64,000 nt of DNA from Myxococcota bacterium (GTDB lineage: Bacteria; Myxococcota_A; UBA796; SXON01), in assembly GCA_040386535.1 (NCBI GenBank), contig JAZKFH010000025.1:1-64000 (forward strand). The letters are read 5' to 3'. Position numbers and translations under genes: made by a program. The notes below the pieces were generated by a model, which made no database searches, was not told the DNA's origin, and saw nothing but the letters and a program-made list of their open reading frames with translations. Below, piece after piece: positions 60,719 to 64,000 of the stretch (the first letter of the stretch is position 1; every line of letters starts with the position of its first letter).

Positions 60719-62337
60719 TCGTCCAACGCCCCCGCCCGCCGGAAGGCCGGGCTCATCACGAGGTCGGTCAACAGCGCCTGCCAGTCGTGGCCGGAGCCGA
60801 CGAAGCCCTCGGCGATCCAGTCCACCACGTCCTGTTCGCCCGGATCGATGGTGTGGCCCATGGCGTATCGGTAGAGGTGCGCGGCGAAACAGGGGCCGAG
60901 GTTGTCGTTGTCACGCACGACCGCGCCGAGCTCCCAGGCGTTGGTGAACGCCTTGCCGTCGAGGTCGCCGGACGCGTCGATCGACACGTCGTTCTCGGTG
61001 TCGCGCCAGCGCCCGATGCCATCCAGGTTCTCCAGACCGAGCCCGATGGGATCGGTGAGCTGGTGACACCCGGCGCACGTGGGGTCTTCGAGGTGCGTCT
61101 GGAGCCGATCGCGGAGGGTGGGGGAGGTGGCGTCCGCCTCGGGGATGGACGTGTCCACGTCGGCCGGCGGGGGCGGGATGGTCTGGCACAACAACGTCTT
61201 GCGGATGAACACGCCACGCAGCGTGGCCGACGTGCGCGTGCTGTGTGCGTTGAGCATCAGGAAGCTGGCCTGCCCGAGCAAGCCGCGGCGACCGTCGCTC
61301 TCGCCCAGCGTCACCTCGCCGAAGCCCAGCGGATCGGGCGCGGGGATGCGGTACAGGCTGGCGAGGCGCGGGTCGACGAAGGTGGTGGGCGTGGTGAGCA
61401 GGTCGCGAAAGTCGCCCGGCGCGTCGAAGATCAGGCGCTCCAGGCCGAGCAGCGTCTCCTCGCGCGCGGCGGGGCCGAGCTCGGCGCTCGCGTGGGCGAA
61501 GATCGTGGGGTCCTTGGCGACGGTGTCGAGCTCGCCGAGCTCGAACAGCTCGGTGAACAGCTCGCGGACGCCGGTGCGAGCGCGCTCGTCGGCGAGGAGG
61601 CGGTCGGCCTGGGCGCGCAGGCCCTCGTCGGTCCGCAGCTCCCCGGCGGCGGCGGCGGCGAGCAGCGTGTCGTCGGGGGTGGTGGCCCAGAGCAGGTAGG
61701 AGAGCCGCGTGGCGAGCTCCCAATCGTTCAGGAGGCGCACCGTCGTGTCGTCCGGGGCGACCGCGCCGTGCTCGCGCCGGTACACGAAGTGGGGCGATTG
61801 CAGCATCGCCGCGAGCCCGTAGCGCACGCCCTCCGCGAACGCGCCGGCCTCGCCCCCGGTGAGCGTCACGACCGCGACGAGCCGCGCGGCTTCGGCGTCG
61901 GTGAGGGGGCGCCGCCAGACGCGGAGGCCGAACGCGCGCACGAAAGAATCGGCGCACACGGCGTCGTCGCTGCTGGCGGGGGTGCACGGCACGATCGTGG
62001 CGAACCGCGCCGGATCGTCGGCGACCTGGTCCGCGAGGAGCAGCGCGGCGTCCTCGTAGCGCTCGACGCCGAGCGACGACACGCTGGCGGTGCCGGCGCC
62101 GACGGAGAGCAGGCCGGCCTCCTCCGCGTCGGGCTCGAGGGAGGAGGGGAGCACGATGTCGGCGCCGAGCAGATCGCGCACGGTGTTGGCGTACTGGGCC
62201 TGCGTGAGCCGGCGCAACGTGGGCGCGGGCGGTGTCACGGCGGGCGCGGGGCCGCGCTCGACCGGAGGAGGAACGTCTTCTTCTCCATCGCAGCCGAGGG
62301 TCAACACGGCGAGGAGCGCGAGGGCGAGGCGCGACAG
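60715..62337 (-). CDS. DUF1587/1595/1592/1588/1585 (PSD-type) domain lipoprotein with CxxCH
   Basis: RRLT..QY.NTVRDL, RRPLT, L.SP.F.YR, ELATRLSY.LW...PD, R.GLL, RG.FI...LC, CAGCH, DPIG..LE; start uncertain. Confidence 0.88.
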   Translation of the reverse strand: MSRLALALLAVLTLGCDGEEDVPPPVERGPAPAVTPPAPTLRRLTQAQYANTVRDLLGADIVLPSSLEPDAEEAGLLSVGAGTASVSSLGVERYEDAALLLADQVADDPARFATIVPCTPASSDDAVCADSFVRAFGLRVWRRPLTDAEAARLVAVVTLTGGEAGAFAEGVRYGLAAMLQSPHFVYRREHGAVAPDDTTVRLLNDWELATRLSYLLWATTPDDTLLAAAAAGELRTDEGLRAQADRLLADERARTGVRELFTELFELGELDTVAKDPTIFAHASAELGPAAREETLLGLERLIFDAPGDFRDLLTTPTTFVDPRLASLYRIPAPDPLGFGEVTLGESDGRRGLLGQASFLMLNAHSTRTSATLRGVFIRKTLLCQTIPPPPADVDTSIPEADATSPTLRDRLQTHLEDPTCAGCHQLTDPIGLGLENLDGIGRWRDTENDVSIDASGDLDGKAFTNAWELGAVVRDNDNLGPCFAAHLYRYAMGHTIDPGEQDVVDWIAEGFVGSGHDWQALLTDLVMSPAFRRAGALDE

Positions 62338-62413
62338 GGAGGGCTCCGGGTGCGGGTAGCTTGCCGGGGCGGGGGGCAGGGTGTCAAGCGTGGGGTTGGG
62401 ATAGCGTGGGGGG

Positions 62414-63331
62414 ATGTTGTTCCTGCTCCTCGCGTGCACCGGACCGGCCGTCGACACGGCATCGCTGGCTGACACCGCGCCGTCCGGCCCGCCCGATCCC
62501 TCGGTGTTCGACTGCTCCGCCACCGAGATCCCCGAACGTGTCACCCCGGTTCCGTTTGCCTGCGCCACCGATGTGACGTGCGCCGAGCGGCTGGTCGCCG
62601 GGCATCGCGGAATGGGCGGGGAGCAGGGGGTCATCGCGCCCGAGAACACCTTGTCCGCCGTGCGGGCCGCCATCGCCTACGGCGTGGACTTCGTGGAGAC
62701 CGACCCGCGGCCGACCGCCGACGGCGTGATCATCAACCTGCACGACACGACGCTGACGCGCACGACCGACGGCTCGGGGGACGCCGAGCTGCTCACCTAC
62801 GCGGAGATCCGCGGCTTCGGCATCCTCGCCGACCGTTACACGGGCGACTTCGGCTGCGAGTACGTCCCGACCCTGCAAGAGGTGCTCACGACGGCGCGCG
62901 GGCGGGTCCACGTGTTGGTCGACGCCAACAAGACCGACCGTGTCGACCTGCTCGTGGCCGCCATCCAGGAGACCGACACGCTGGCCGAGGCCATCTTCGA
63001 CACGTCGAGCCCCGAGAAGATCGCCGAGGCGCTGGCGTTGGAGCCGCGCCTGGTCACGATGATCCGGGTCGAGAGCGCGGATGAATTGGACTCGGAGCTC
63101 GCGACGTTCGCGGAGCATCCGCCCGTGATCGTGGAGATCCCGGACGACGCCCCGGAGCTTGCATCCGCGGTGCGCGCCGCCGGCCAACGCCCCTTCATCG
63201 ACGTGTTCTTCACGGACGCGGCGGTGGCGTACCAGGAGGATCCGTCGTTATACGAGCCGTTCTATGCACAGGGGTTGGGCATCTTGCAGAGTGATCGGCC
63301 GGAGTTGGTCTTGGGATGGGTGGGACGATGA
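62414..63331 (+). CDS. glycerophosphodiester phosphodiesterase family lipoprotein
   Basis: AGHRG, PENTL, VETD...TADG...HD.TL.RTT, PTL.EVL, SDRP. Confidence 0.92.
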   Translation: MLFLLLACTGPAVDTASLADTAPSGPPDPSVFDCSATEIPERVTPVPFACATDVTCAERLVAGHRGMGGEQGVIAPENTLSAVRAAIAYGVDFVETDPRPTADGVIINLHDTTLTRTTDGSGDAELLTYAEIRGFGILADRYTGDFGCEYVPTLQEVLTTARGRVHVLVDANKTDRVDLLVAAIQETDTLAEAIFDTSSPEKIAEALALEPRLVTMIRVESADELDSELATFAEHPPVIVEIPDDAPELASAVRAAGQRPFIDVFFTDAAVAYQEDPSLYEPFYAQGLGILQSDRPELVLGWVGR

Positions 63332-64000
63332 GGGGTCTTCGCATCGGTACGTGGAACGTGCAATACGCGGCGGGCGCCGAGAAGAACGTGGGGCGTCGGG
63401 AGCGGCTGATCGCGGAGAACGCCGACATCTGGGTGCTCACCGAGACGCACGACGACCTTGCGCTACCGGATCACGTGGCTGTCTCCACGGTCCAACGCCT
63501 GACGGGGCGGACTGGGGGGCGGTGGACGACGATCTGGAGCCGGTTTCCGGTGATCGAGCGGGTTGTTGTCGTCGATGCCGTGCGCACGGTCGCTGCGTTG
63601 CTGGAGTCGTCCGCTGGGCCGCTGCTCGTGTTCGGGACCGTGCTGCCGTGGCACTCCGACCCAGGGCCGGTCGCTGGGTCGCCGGCCAAGGCGTGGAGCG
63701 AGCACCATCGTGTCATCCCCGAGCAGACGGACGAGTGGCGGGCCCTTCGCGCGCAGTTTCCGGGTGTTCCGTTGGTCGTCGCGGGCGATTTGAACATGAA
63801 CCTGGGGGGCAAGCACTACTACGGGACGAAGACCGGAAGGGCGCTGCTACGGGAGGGGATGGCCGGGGCCGAGCTCGCTTGTGCGACGGAGACCGAGCGC
63901 GTGCCTCTCGGAGCGCTGGCGCACGGGCCGATCGACCACGTGCTGGTGCCGGTGGTTTGGGCGGAGCGCACGCGGGTGGTGTCGGCGTGGGAGGGGACCG
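63328..64000 (+). CDS. endonuclease/exonuclease/phosphatase (EEP) family protein, truncated by window end
   Basis: ATGA overlap; translated by hand: RIGTWNV, ADIWVLTE, VAGDLN, IDHVLV; no stop before 64000. Confidence 0.85.
   Translation, partial: MRGLRIGTWNVQYAAGAEKNVGRRERLIAENADIWVLTETHDDLALPDHVAVSTVQRLTGRTGGRWTTIWSRFPVIERVVVVDAVRTVAALLESSAGPLLVFGTVLPWHSDPGPVAGSPAKAWSEHHRVIPEQTDEWRALRAQFPGVPLVVAGDLNMNLGGKHYYGTKTGRALLREGMAGAELACATETERVPLGALAHGPIDHVLVPVVWAERTRVVSAWEGT

Overview
A very GC-rich, densely coding bacterial chromosome segment. It is most consistent with a Myxococcota-type organism: a MYXO-CTERM-like tail on an S8 protease, myxococcal Cys-rich repeats, a DUF1592/DUF1552 pair, two Ser/Thr kinases and a TIGR02147-like gene. 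About 55 CDSs can be supported. They cover thiol/redox metabolism (cystathionine beta-synthase, trxB, a second TrxR-like oxidoreductase, DsbD-N plus redoxin), an M16 protease pair, an Fe3+/polyamine-type ABC transporter, many secreted or lipoprotein hydrolases, and cell-envelope genes. I saw no rRNA, tRNA, CRISPR array, integrase or transposase. The four most interesting signals are: (1) a window-wide pattern of -10 boxes 5-8 nt before start codons (leaderless mRNAs), together with ultra-short lipoprotein signal peptides (Cys at position 7-12, mostly no basic n-region); (2) a sigma54-activator-like protein in which a complete AAA+ domain (GAFEGA variant) appears nested inside a second, degenerate AAA+ domain and is followed by an FHA-like domain, divergent from a TIGR02147-like gene; (3) a DUF4157 (eCIS-core)-LysM-Cys/His hydrolase effector with a translationally coupled partner gene; (4) a repeat-built 24-aa micro-ORF bridging two ABC genes, and a pacifastin-like mini-lipoprotein. 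All family calls come from motif recognition by eye; no searches were run.
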